Below are positions 26,411-39,550 of a stretch of DNA of 64,000 bases, piece after piece. Made by a program: the position numbers and the translations under genes. Source of the DNA: Glaucostegus cemiculus. Its lineage: Eukaryota. Each line of letters begins with the position of its first letter. Position 1 is the stretch's first letter. Location: contig CDPCPM010000020.1 in NCBI GenBank assembly GCA_976551045.1, forward strand, positions 2,852,001 to 2,916,000, read 5' to 3'. The notes beneath the pieces are model-generated. The model did not search any database. It was not told the origin of the DNA and saw only the letters and a program-made list of their open reading frames with translations.

Positions 26411-29400
26411 ATTGAAAAATGACCACTGTGTTTTTACTAAATGAACTAATTCCTCTTGCAGACACTATTTTCTCAAAGTACTTTTCCTTGCTGTGTTTTC
26501 TTCTCCCATGTTCCTCTGCTGTTTTATTTGGTTCCCCTTTTCGCTGTACTACTGACAGACACTTTAAACTCCCTTTCGTTCCCTCCAGCAGACAAGAAAT
26601 TGGGGAATGAATGATTTAAAAATAGTCAAAAATGGACATTTTGAAAAAGGGACAGCAACTGGATACCAGAACACTGAGACCAATAAAAAATCTCATTGAA
26701 AAAAATCACAATGGACAATAGCAGGGGCTCAGTCATTTCCATCCTTGCAAACTTGGGGGGGGGGGAAAGAGAAGCACTAGTTTATATCCAATCCACCAAT
26801 GTTTTCAGTCACATATCTGATCTGCTTTTACCCTAAGAGGAAAGATTCTCTGTTCAAATTTTGAAAGTTAATAACATCAAATAAAATCAGTCCTTTCTAG
26901 TGCTTTTTGAGAAATCACTATGTTCACTCTTTTCTTCGTAGTGACATTACTTCCAACAGAATTTTGATTACTAATAAATTATTAATAGATGCCGTTTATC
27001 TGCCAAAACTGAGTGGCAGTTTATTGCTCCCATGGAGCAGTCATACTGATGTATAGTACGAGGGAAATAGTGATGCAACTAGCATTGAAAACCTACAAAT
27101 TTCTCCATTGGTTAACTGTGTAACACAGATATAATACGAGTCGGGGAGCTTGTGAGCAAGTCCTCAAGAGTCATCTGCCACTTATTCAAAGTGATCAGGG
27201 GATTTCTTTTAGATGAACCATTTTCACTTGTAGTTTCCTACAAACCTTTTTATGGACTGCAGTGCACACATGTGAACACAGACACACATTGACATACTTT
27301 TAAACAGATGTCCATTCAGAGCACCTGACACACCCATAAAAGATACTCCCAGAAAAGAGGCAATTCAACCAACCAGCAATTATCATATTTACTAAGTACC
27401 AAGTTCCCACATTTCTTTGCTCCTCTTTCCACCAACAATGCTAAGGACCTATAATAATATAATAAAACATAATAGTGAAGCTTGACTGAATTATAATCAT
27501 CAACTGAATAGCTGCCTTCTTGAGCTAGAAGGATTTCCACACCTGACTGCTATCTCAACAACCCTTACTGTTAAGTGCATTTGAGTGGACATTGATTGAA
27601 TAATCTGCTGGCACTCACTGCCGAGGCACATGTATGGTGTCCACTTGTCTGAGCTACTGAAAGGTTGCCAGTGTTCCCTTGGCGTGAAACAAATGCTTGC
27701 AGGAAGAGGGCTGAAAAATGGAAGATAAGACAAACAACCATACACAACTTCTCTTCATGGGTTACTGATTAATACTGCACAGAGCTCTACAAATTGTATG
27801 GTACTTATGTACCAAAATTCTCCACACACTGTCATATTGAGCCAAATCCCTTTCTTACTAATTAGGGGTAGAGGGGATTTATAATAATATACAATGCAAA
27901 TAAAAAAAGTATTTTCCTTCCTTGTTTTTAAACTCATTGTTTTTTTTAATATATGGGTCATAAATTGCAGATTATGGTGAGACCAACAAGCCTTTGTGTT
28001 CTGTCTGCTCCCCCTCGCCCACTCACACCAACTTACAAAATAAGAATGCAATCCATTTTATGTCCTTCCTGAAAGAGACTTGTACTCTTGCACTCAGGAC
28101 TATGGCAATTCCACTTTTGTACCAGTGGCTAGCAGAAGCTATGGATAAAGGGCCTCCTTTGCATGTTTGAACTGATAGTAATCATCAAAAGAATTAAAAG
28201 AGAGACTGACATTTTCTTCACAAAATAAGGCCTTTAGAAAGTGTAATTCTTTGTCATAAACTATTGTTGAAAAGGAGTACATTTTTTCCATATATAGAGA
28301 ATTGCTTTATAAAGAATATTAATGGAAAGAGGGAGTGAGCAGGAGAGTGGGATTAGATTAAGAGGTTTATGTGGGGAAGCATGACACCAACTTTAATAGG
28401 CCGAACAGCCGCAGACTTCCGCTGCAGAGACTCTGGGTGTGCATTGCTATCTCTCCCCAAAGCATTATGATGTCAAATGGATTAGTACATGTATTTCAAC
28501 ATGGCAGATTGTAGATCTCTAAATGGGCTAGACCTTCTGTTAAATAATATCGCTCAGAAGCATGCCATGCACAAAAGGCAGAAGGAGCACACAACTTCCG
28601 AAACTTTGTCCATCTTTTACCAATTGCTACATACAACACAACACAAAATCCACGTATTAGAGAAGAGGAAATGGTGTCATTTCCAAATATATTTTTGTTC
28701 AGCATGCATATAGTAAATGGCATCCATTGTAAGTGCACACACGATCTCTTTCCTAGTACTTCAGTGTTTACAAGCACAACAGTGTGGTATTAAATTGCAT
28801 AGATTAGGAAGGTCCTGATATTAGCCTATGTTGAGTTAACTGATCTCATTTGGAATGATGGTAATGGTCAACCCTACAATTAATACCAGTGTCTCTAAGC
28901 TAAGGAAAGCTAGGCCTCCATTCTTCAGCATGGTTGGATCAGATTGGAAAGCTCATTTTGTGGATGGCACTCAGGACAGTACTGGGCCTGGCTGTGATGC
29001 CCTTCACTGTAAAATAGCTATCTGTAGCCTGCTTTCCAATTAACCAATGAGGAAAGACAGTAACCGTGTCTATGTAAATTGGAAGTAGCAGGACTAATAC
29101 CTGCCTTGTGGCAAGTAAACTGATCTCAGCCTGGGCAGCAAATGGGCTCCCCAATTGGTATTGGTCCCCATGGACTATTGAGAGGGAAATTGTCCCCCCA
29201 GTCCCACTGCTAACTGACAGTCAGTGAGTCCTGCAGAATGGGAGGAGGACAAATGGAGGTTTGGCTGGAACCTGGCTGTGATTTTCCCTCTCTACAGCCT
29301 TCTTAGGCACCATAAATGACAGGCTGTTAAAGAGTGCCTCAGTCCAAAAGGAACCAACCCTCATCATAGGTCAGCATCCTTCAGAGAGAAGTGGTGAAAG

Positions 29401-31373
29401 GAACAGAAAATTGAATGTATTGATTTTGATCCTTGGCCCACTAAGGATATATGAGACATTATTCAGCATTGTGCAAAATCATGCTGACACACCATAGATT
29501 GAAGACAATGTTTGTGGATAATCTCTGGCAGGTTTACTTTCTATTGGAGTCTAGAGAAACCTGCTCCGAAACACTAACTCGCCAGCTGTGAGAATCATTC
29601 CACACAGATGATGGATCTGTGCAACAGTCCAAACTTCCAAAATATACTTTTTACAAAATAGTTTTTTTACCCCCCAACACAGACAGGTTTTCAAATGTGC
29701 CAAGACAGACATAATCACCCATCCAATGAAGTTACCAACCAAATCATTGCATATTCTTAGTTTTAAACTTGATGCATCAACTCAGGTGGTACTTCACCGG
29801 ATTTTATTTTTTACAGCTTTCTCTCTGCTCTTTTGAACATGCTGAGAGATTTCTTTTGCAGGGATCCAGTTGCTCTCTGATGGCTGATATTTAACACAAG
29901 CCTGGACCGCAAGTATCCGGTGGGGATCCAGTTATAGGGAACATCATGTCCAAATGTAGTACTGTCACCATCCAAAGGGGTCACAGCATATTGCTCACAA
30001 GTCAATTGTAGCTTTGCAACTACTCCACATGAAAATACCCAATACAATACAAAACAGGTTTTGAAACTGTAATCTTTTGGTCTGCAGAGCTGGCAATGAA
30101 ATCAATCTTACCTCTGAAAGAAAAGGTTTATAGTTCTGTTAATCCTACACATTTAATGTCAACAATTACGCAGAAAATGACAAACACAATAAAACAAGGT
30201 CTGAATACTGAGCAAGTGTTTTGGTACTGAGTTAAGTGAACCCTTTCCTGAGAGGGAGAAAGAGACAAAAGGTGAGATTATTTGTTCTTCCACGGTAACA
30301 ATGTAAATCCTAGTCACATTTTGTATCATGCACTCCTGAGATGAAGTTATAGAATCAGTGAATTTATAGCAGAGAATGAGGCCATTCAGTCCATCAAATC
30401 TGTACTGGCGCTGGCCCCTCTATTGGAACTGTCCATTCCAATCCTCTTTTCTTGCCTCATATCCTTTATATATTTTCAATCAAATACTTTCAATACCTTT
30501 TCAAACATCTCTGCCACAGTATCCACTTGTGGCAAAGTGTTCCATGTTTTGACAACTGTGTGTGTAAAGAAATTGTCGCCTAAAGAATGAAGAGGAAGGT
30601 TAGACTACACGGAGGCCCTTGCCGCTTCTTTACCGATTCACAAACGAACACAAACAATCTTCCTATTTACTTTCCCAGAAGCTTTTAACGTCGTTCTGCC
30701 ATATGCAAATTAGCCGTGGGACCACCTGACCCCAGCCCCATAACCCCAATGTATTAGTTTGTGATTTATACAAATACTTTAATTACACTTGATATGGTTC
30801 TAAGCATCAGATGACATTTAACATATATATATTTAAAAAGTCAAGTGTAAAAGATTATTGCAGGGAATCCCATTTGACATGAAGTACTGGTGTCGCAGCT
30901 CTGCAAACATGTCAAGAGGGGGCTGGCAGACAGATTGTCAGCAGAACCACTTTCAATATGTTTAACTTTCATTCATTACTGCTGAACCCGGCTCAACCAG
31001 TCAGAGGAAAAAAAAACAGCAAGTCGAAACATACTCTGCTGAACATTCCCGACCCAAAACATACATTTATAAATCAGAACATTTGCAGATAGCAAATTAT
31101 TAAGAAAGGCCGATTCCCTTTGTTTTTGACATGTAATGAAAAACTACGCCAGTTTTTTTTTTAAAAGACGCAGTCCGTCTGCAGCCAGCAAACAGAGCAG
31201 ACGGGGCACAATGCAAAGATTGAAATCGCTCAGAATTAATAATGCCGCACAAACAAGCCTGAAATTGAACTAAATAAAAATAATTAAGGGAAAGGTTATT
31301 TACTATGCCATTGCGACCGTTACATTTATTTAGATCCGACGCCTTTAGTTAAAATGATTAGGAAGAGACTGAC

Positions 31374-31446
31374 CGATGATCTCCTGAAGCTCATAGGCAT
31401 CTCTTGAATTTGGCCACTGGGACCCGGCTAGCAGTTCCTCCGCCAT
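31374..31446 (-). CDS. STK39: STK39-like kinase coding exon 1 (MAEELLAGSQWPNSRDAYELQEII-G)
   Basis: ATG at 31446 in context catcATGg; WPxxRDAYELQE motif; phase-1 donor G|GTCAGT; 73 nt. Confidence 0.9.
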
Positions 31447-32100
31447 GATGCTGTGAGTCACAATGCGGCGAGAGGCAGCTGTGGACAGAGCGCTCAGCAA
31501 CTTTATACACACACACACACGCATACACACAGCTCATAATATGAGAGGAACAGGGACCGTCTCACTAACTGCCCGTCACTGTTTCACGCACACATAATAG
31601 ACAAGTGTTTCATTGTTACTCAGTTGTGCAATTGACAAGTTTGCCATTGTAATCTATCTCTGAAACTAACAATGATCCGTATAATGCCCGCCCGTGAGGT
31701 GGCACAGGACTATGGGTCCCGTTGGCGCAGATGTCCACATCGCGCCTAAGAGGTCTCTAAAACTACAAACATGTCATTAGGCCTCATTTTCCTCCGCAGT
31801 CACACCAACTCTCTCGCTCTGGCTGCTCGGCATTCGGCAGGGAAGAAAAACCAAGCCAGACTCCCCGGTTCCCTGGGCTCCGCCCCTCCTGGCGCTTTTT
31901 ATTGCCTGTTTTTGTGTGTAACTGACGCGGGATAAGAGTGATGGGGTACATTATCACACCCGTATTTTGTTTCCTATTGTTTGCATCAAAGCGGCAGCAG
32001 CCCAAGGGAAGCATTTTTTTTTGTTGTGTGGCGTCTCGTGGTTTCCAGGGTGACGGAAGGGGATTCAAACGTCAAACATCTGCCTCCGTCCCCGGACAAG
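31447..32100 (-). promoter_or_regulatory. Putative promoter / 5'UTR of the STK39-like gene
   Basis: Minus-strand TATAAAG at 31507-31501, AP-1 TGAGTCA at 31454-31460, short (CA)n at about 31508-31530, moderate CpG enrichment to about 32100. Confidence 0.55.
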
Positions 32101-32829
32101 CAGTTGGTCCTGGGAAGGCAGGTGGTTGGCATTTCCTAAGGGAAAGGTCTTTCTGTTTGCCTCTGGGGTCAGTGCCAGCCTCTTCCTCCCCTTTGCCCCA
32201 ACCCATCTGAAGGACAAGGCACACTGACAGGAGCTCATCACAGCTCTGAATATTCCATGCCTTAGGCACATGGCCTGAGGCAGATGCAAGTGTCCCCCGT
32301 CCAAACTTGCACTTATCTGGAGGAAATGTTGAAGAATCATTAATGTTGAAGAATCACCGACTGCTCAAGTACAAGACAGACCTGCATTTCTATAGCACCT
32401 GTTACCCGAGAATACCTAAAGGCACTTTACAGCCAATTTTGAAGTGTAGGTAGTGCTGTAAAGTGGGGATATGACTCACAGACAAGTGAGTGACGGGAAG
32501 CCTCCACAAAATTAGACAACTAATCATTCAAATCCCCCAAATTTTTTCCTATTGCTTTTCATTATTCATGAAGACTTCCCAGTCTCTTGCTTAATTATAA
32601 CACCATAAACATATGAAAGTTATCTCTGAACAGCCATACCCTGAGAAATCCCAGAAGTAACTCTGTTTGGCCAGTCTTACAGCCTTCCTACTGATATTTC
32701 CCAATCTCTGAAAAAGTTTTGAATGTATGGAACCTCTTACAGACTACCTCACTCTCTGCTACTGAAAGGTAGAAAGTTAGTTGAATTTTGCAACCCAATT
32801 TTGCAAATAAAGTGGAAATGCATAATTTG

Positions 32830-34035
32830 CAAATTTTAGACATACAGTACAGGAAGAGGCCATATGATCCATTGCACCTGTATTTACTCTGGAAGCTATA
32901 CAAGTTGGTTCATTCGCCTACTCTTTCCCCGAAGCCCTGCAAACCTTTCCTCTTCAACCATATATACAATTCCCTTTTAAATATTACTACTGGATCTACA
33001 TCAATCATCCTTTTGGACAACCTATTATAACAACTCACTGCAAATATATTTCCTTTATCTTCCCCACTGGTTCTTTTTCCAATTACCATAAACCTGTGTC
33101 TTCTGATTACTGCCTCTCCTGACGCTGGGAAAAGTTTTCCCCTCTCCCATTTCTTTGCAATTCTGACCATTTCTATGAAATCTCCTTTTAACCTTCTCCT
33201 CTCCAAGGTGAAGAACACCAGCGTCTCCAATCCGTCATTAGTGGGAGCGTTCCAGCTGTGCGGTGGCACAATGCTGCAATTAGTACAGCTGTTGCCACAC
33301 AACTCCAGTGACCCAGGTTTGATCCTGACCTCCAGTGCTGCCCATGCGGACTTTGCATGTTCTACCTCCCTGTGACTGTGTGGCTTTCCTCTGGGTGCTC
33401 CGATTTCCTCCCACATCCCAAATATGTGCAGATTACTAGTTTAATTGGCCACAAGAGAACACAGGTTTAAGGTGTTGGGGAGTAGGTACAGAAGAGATAA
33501 ATTTTTTACTCAGAGAGTGGTGAGTGGATGGAATGGGCTGCTGGCAACGGTGGTGGAAGCGAATAGGGTCTTTTAAGAGACTTTTGGATAGCTACATGGA
33601 GCTTAGAAAAATAGAGGGCTATGAGTGAGCTTAGTAATTTCTAAACTAGAGACATGTTCGGCACAACTTTGTGGGCCGAAGGGCCTGTCTAGTGCTGTAG
33701 GTTTTCTATGCTTCTATGGTAAATCACTTTGCACTAAAGTGGACTTTTTTTTTGTTCTGTGTTCCTTCGTGTAAAAATTGTGTATAATTTATGTGTTTCT
33801 TGTGCTGCTGCTGCAAGTCAGTTTTTCATTGCACCAGTGCACACATGGACTTTTGCACATAACAATAAACTAGAATTTGACTTTTTACCCCTAGTGAATG
33901 GGTGAATGGTGGAATCTGGGGGAGTTAACGGAAAAGTGGAGAGAGTAAAATGGGATCGGAGTAAGTGGGTGGTTGATGGTTGGCACGGACTTGGTGGGCT
34001 GAAGGGCCTTTTTCTGTGCTTTATGACTCTGTGAC
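32830..34035. mobile_element. Nested cluster: CR1 (-, about 32830-33240); V-SINE (+) split into about 33255-33450 and 33885-34035 by CR1 (+) and Rex-type tail fragments
   Basis: LERRRLKGDFIEMVRI peptide; V-SINE halves join at ttaattggccac / ttacccctagtg. Confidence 0.65.
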
Positions 34036-34077
34036 AAATCTCCTTCACACCCTCCCTGGATTTTTTGTTTCTTTCGG

Positions 34078-35145
34078 ATTCAGAATTGGCTTGCCTGAAG
34101 AAAGCAGAGGGTTGTTGCTGTGGTGGAGGGAGTGCATTCAGATTGGAGGGCTGTGACTAGTGGTGTCCTACAAGGGTTGGTTCTGGGACCTCTACTTTTC
34201 GTGATATTTATTAATGACTTGGATGACGGGGTAGAAGGGTGGGTTAACGAGCTTGCAGACAACATAAAGGTTGCTGGTGTTGTGGATAGTGTGGAGGACT
34301 GTCAAAGATAGCAAAGGGATATTGATAGGATGCAGAGCTGGGCTGACAAGTGGCAGATGGAGTTCAATCCGGAGAAGTGTGAGGCGGTACACTTTGGAAG
34401 GACAAACTCCAGGGTGGAGTGCAAGGTTAATAGCAGAATTCTAGGTAGTGTGGAGGACCAGAGGGATCTGGGGATTCATATCCACAGATCACTGAAAGTT
34501 GCCTCACAGGTGGATAGGGTAGTTAAGAAAGCTTATGGGGTGTTAGCTTTCATAAGTCGTGGGATCAAGCTTAAGAGCCGTGAGGTAATGATGCAGCTTT
34601 ACAAAACTCTGGTTAGGCCACACTTGGAGTACTGTGTCCAGTTCTGGTCACCTCGTTATAGAAAAGATGTGGAAGTGTTGGAAAGGGTGCAGAAGAGATT
34701 TATCAGGATGCTGCCTGGATTGGAGAGTATGGATTATGAGTAGAGACTAAGGCAGCTAGGGCTTTACTCTTTGGAGAGAAGGAGGATGAGGGGAGACATG
34801 ATAGAGGTATACAAAATATTAAGAGGAATAGATAGAGTAGACAGCCAACGCCTCTTTCCCAGGGCACCAATGCTCAATACAAGAGGGCATGGCTTTAAAG
34901 TAATGGGTGGGAAGTTCAAGGGAGATGTCAGAGGGAGGTTTTTCACCCAGAGAGTGGTTGGTGCATGGAATGCGCTGCCTGGGGTGGTGGTGGAGGCTGA
35001 TACATTGGTCAAGTTCAAGAGATTGTTAGATAAGCATATGGAGGAATTTAAAATAGGGGGATATGTGAGAGGAAGGGGTTAGATAGTCTTAGGTGTGGTT
35101 TAAAGGTGAAAGGGCCTGTATTGTGCTGTATTGTTCTATGGTTCT
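34078..35145 (+). mobile_element. Relatively young 5'-truncated CR1 LINE (RT C-terminal half and 3' UTR)
   Basis: Three consecutive same-frame ORFs separated only by point stops: VTSGVLQGLVLGPLLFVIFINDLD...LADN, KWQMEFNPEKC...RPHLEYCVQFWSP, RGHGFK...FFTQRVVGAWNALP; tail ttctatggttct. Confidence 0.92.
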
Positions 35146-36454
35146 TACGATCAGAAGTGGTCACATAACGAGGAAGAGTGAACACAGTCATTCTATTCAC
35201 TTTACTTGTGTCACATACCCTCTCAAGTGTTGCGTGCAGCCAAGTTCCAGCACAAGGCTGCTGGGCTGCAGAACAGGATCCTTCCCCCTCCCTCGGCCCC
35301 ACTGACCCGTCTCTATGGGTGGTGCTAGGTCACTTCCAATAAGGCTGCAGATCAGAAATAAAAGCAGAAAATGTTGGAAATAGGCAGCAGGTAGGGCAGC
35401 AGCTGAGGAGGGAGAAGCAGCGTTAATATTTTGGGTTGATGATCGGGTAGGTGGAGGGAGAAGAAAAACCAAAAGGAGTGGTGTACGATAGGGTGGAAAG
35501 CAGGAGTGATCAAATGACAGAAGGATTGATGGTATAAGATGGAAAGAAATGGTACTGAGACAAATAAAGAAACAAAAATCAGTCCAGAGGGAATGTAAAT
35601 GAGAGATATTAGGAGATGTCCCTCCCAATAACATTGTGTCCCCAACTCCTGCCAGATCCCAAACTCCCTGAGTGGCTCCAGATTCTAAGCCTCTATAAAT
35701 GGTACAATATCTCAGAACTCTTTGATGCTAGGTCCCTCTCTCTTGAATACCAAGGTTTCCCTTGCCCTCCTGGTGCTAGGTATTAGCCTTCCCCAACCTC
35801 AACTTCCACCCTGTCAAGTCTTGCTAATTGTTCTCAGTGGAATAGCAGGGACATCACCAAGGCACTTAATATTATGCTTCATGATCAGCAAGGGGAGAGC
35901 CTCAATCAGGAAGCCAGGAATTTTTCTTTCCTCTTTAACGTCCCCTTTTTTGGCTCTCCTTCCCTGAAAACATTGGCTCAACCAGCAGCAGCTCTCTGAT
36001 ACCGAAGGAGCAATTAAGTCCAAAGAGTTAGGGATAGAAATTTATCTCAGGTGCTGGCAATGAAACAGGCGACATTAGCCACTGGTTATATACGGTAATT
36101 GATAGGTAATTCAATTGCAGTCAACAAAATTAAATACCGGGGCAACACCAAATGGATGGATAATCCAATACGGTCTACCTTGTGCTGCTACGCAAGATAA
36201 ATTTTCAGCCCTCAATGTAAGGATTGTTTATCTCTGGAGACCACAACTGATTCCATACCCAACATTTCTTCATTAACACATACCTTTTTGAGAGGAATCA
36301 ATGGATAGTAATCAAAAGTGGAAACACTATTCCCTCCCACATGTAGGAGCATCAAGGTCAACTATTGCATTAATATCACTTTGTGTTCCCCATGAGATTA
36401 GTTAACTTGTACAAATAAGGGATTGGATACGGGGCTCTCTTGGTATGTTTCATT

Positions 36455-36660
36455 AAGCTGATATCTTTATTAGTCACATGTACACTGAAACACACAGTGA
36501 AATGCATCTTTTGCGTAGTGTGTTCTGGGGGCAGGCCATAAGTGTTGCCACGCTTCCGGTGCCAACATAGCATGCCCACAACTTCCTAACCTGTACGTCT
36601 TTGGAATGTGGGAGGAAAGTGGAGCACCCGGAGGAAACCCACGCAGACACGGGGAGAACA
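36455..36660 (-). mobile_element. V-SINE 3' part, same subfamily as 9064-9326
   Basis: Reverse complement closely matches 9120-9320. Confidence 0.85.
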
Positions 36661-36829
36661 GCATTTATTTGTTCACTAAGGGTGTTCCTAAATATATTTA
36701 CTTGTAAATAATAATATCAAAATACAGTGGGTTTTAAAAGTGAAAAATCAAGGAAAGGGTCAAGGCATTCTTTTGAAAGGAAATTTAGTTTATCTCATGT
36801 TCAGGACTTGAGCTCAAGGAAAGCCTCGA

Positions 36830-37175
36830 CGGAAAGTACACTGCAGTATTGAAGAACCACTACTCTGCTGCTGGTACCCTTTTTCCGGTGAGATATTAAA
36901 CCAAGGCCACATCAAGTGGATATAAGAGGTACCATGGTGCAATTTCCAAGATGAGTTGGGGAGCTCTGCCCAGTGACCTGGTCTCAAACAATGGCATTTC
37001 AGCTGATTATCTGACCACTATTACATTGATGTTTGTGGGAGCTCAATGTCAGTGTGAGCAAATTGGCTGCTAGGTTTGTAACTTTATGGCAGTGGCCGTC
37101 CCTCAGAAGGACCTCACAGGATGTCACGAACTTTGGGACATCCTGAGGTCATCAGAGGGCTGTAGAAATACAGAT
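36830..37175 (+). mobile_element. Degenerate Deu-domain SINE
   Basis: gagatattaaaccaaggcc...gtttgtgggagc...gcaaattggctgc...ctttgggacatcctgaggtc. Confidence 0.55.
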
Positions 37176-37774
37176 GTTTCTAATTCTTTTTATTTGCCAC
37201 GAAGCTCCAAATATTAGAAGAGAAACTGTCAGCACACTTGCTGTTGTTTATCATTTTGCCATCCATTTTGTTTTATATGTTGGGATTCCTGTTCAGAGGA
37301 GAAATATTTTGGTAGATTCCTCTCTTCATTGCCCTGTGGTCAACACTCCCATGTGTCATCTAGAGTCATGGAATCATAGAGCACCGAAACAGGCCCTTTG
37401 GCCCACTGTGTCTATGCTAACCATCATGTATCTCTCTATACCAATCCCAACTAAAACATTGCTTTACTCAATTAAAAGTTTGCAATTTCACCAAATGAGT
37501 TTGCTTTCAGGTTTCCTTCTTACTTGCAATATAAAAGTAAAAAGCACGAGCAAAAGTTAGATCTGAAAGACAGCAGTAACATCACAGATAAGTGTGATGT
37601 CGGATTGAAGTGCGAGGAACAGATTACCCCGGGGATTCTTATAGACTGACCCACTGGTTTATCAAAACAACATCCCTTGAATTGGGTCAGTTTAGGAAGA
37701 TTGTTGTGAGTTTTATAAATGGGATAATTGGATTTTGACTTAAGTGACCATATTAATCAGCTTATGGAGAAAAT

Positions 37775-39550
37775 AAGAAATAAAAGCAGCAACAGGCCAT
37801 ACAGTCCCTCTAGCCTGCTCTGCCCTTTAATGAAATGATTGCTGACCTGCTTCGCCTCAGTTTCACGTTCCTGCCTGTTCCTCTTAAGCCTTGATTTTCA
37901 TTTTGTCCAAAAATATATTGATCCTGATCTTGAAGATATTCAATGAGTCGGCATGCATGGCTTTCTGGGATATAGAATTCTAAAGATTCATGGCCCTTGA
38001 CATAGTTCCCAACTCCCTCACCAGAGACACATTCCCAATATATCCATCCTGTCAACCCCCTTCAGAATCTTATATGCCTCAAAAAGATCACCTCTCAGTC
38101 TTTTAAAGTCCAGAGAATATGGACCCAACCTGCTCAATCTGTCTTCATAAGACAACCCCTCATCCAAGAAATCTGTACAGACAGATCAGTATTGGTCCCC
38201 TTAATTAAGGAGGGATGTTACTACGTTGAAAGCAGTTCAGAGGTTTACTAGACTGATACCTGGAATGGCAAGTTGTCCAAAGAAGAAAGGTTGGAGAGGC
38301 TAGGCTTGTATCCGCCTGAGTTTAAAAGAGCGAGAGGGGACTTGATTGAAACATGTAAGGTCATGAGGTGTCTTAACAGGGTGGATGTGGAGATAACACT
38401 TCTCCTGTGGGAGAGAATCTAGATCTAGCGATCACTGTTTAAGAATAAGGGGTCACCTGTTTAAGATAGAGATGAGATGAATTTTGTTCTCTCATTGGCT
38501 CATGGGCCTTTGGATATTTTTAAGGCAGAGATACTAAATAAGCAATGGGGTGTAAAGTTACCAGGAGTAGGCAGGAATAAAGTTCCAATCAGATCAGCTA
38601 TGGTATTGAATGCCGGAGCAGCCTCAAGGAGCTGAGTGGCCTACTCCTGATCCTTAACTGTACGATCATATTAATCTCGGACCTACCTCCAAACAAGTAC
38701 ATCCCTCCTTAAATAAGGAGACCAATGGTATGGGCGGCAGAGTAGCACAGCTGCTGCTTCACAGCTCCAGCACCCTGGGTTCAATCCTGACTTAAGGTTC
38801 TGTCTGTGTGGATGTTCTCCCTCTGATCCCTGTGGATTGCTCCCGAATGTTCCTGTTTCCTCTCACATCCAAAGACAAGCGGAACAGTAGGTTAATTGGC
38901 TATGGTTAACTGACCCTAGTGTGTAGATAAGTGGTAGAATCTGTGGGGAGTTGATGGGGATGCAGGATTAGTGTAAGTGAGTGCTTCTTATCTTGATGGT
39001 CAGCACAGAGTTGGTGGGCTGAAGAGCCTGTTTCTGTGCTCTATTCCTTAACAAAGTCTGGTACAGATGTGGCAAGACTTTCCTATTTTTGTACACTGTC
39101 CCTTTGCAATATAGGCCAACGTTCCAGTTGCCTTACTAATTACTTGCTGTATCTGCGTGTTAAATTTGTGTTTCCATACCAGGGCACCCAGATCATTAGC
39201 ATTCATTAATCTCATGCCATTTGAATAATAAAAATAGAAAATGCTGGAAACACTCAGCAGATCAGACAGTATCTGTGGAAAGAGGAACAGAGTTAATGGT
39301 TCAGGTTGAAGACACCTTTGTTCTGATGAAGTGTCTGTTAACTTTGTTTCTCTTTTCATGGATACTGTCTAACCAGCAGAGTGTTGCCAGCATTTTCTGT
39401 TTTATTCAGATTTCCATCGTTTGCTGCGTTTTGATTTCATTTAAATATTATTCTGTTTTTTCTATTCTTCCTACCAAAGTGGCTAACCTCATATTTCACT
39501 CCATGTGCTATATTTTTATCTGTATCTGTTTGCAGTGTCTTTGTGTCCTC
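37775..39550. mobile_element. Nested cluster: CR1 (-) interrupted by CR1 (+, about 38185-38670), V-SINE (+, about 38735-39045) and a Penelope-type fold-back element (about 39228-39435)
   Basis: Collinear pieces of a minus-strand CR1 (QVISKATGTLAYIAKG) resume after each insert. Confidence 0.65.

Noticed and set aside
31447-31530. N-terminal extension (MCMRVCVC...) of kinase exon 1 in the ORF track
   Set aside because: Derived from the (TG)n microsatellite and lies at or upstream of the putative TATA box; not a PAPA box.
34078-35145. Active reverse transcriptase or endogenous virus
   Set aside because: 5'-truncated CR1 with in-frame stops and a mutated catalytic motif (LADN).
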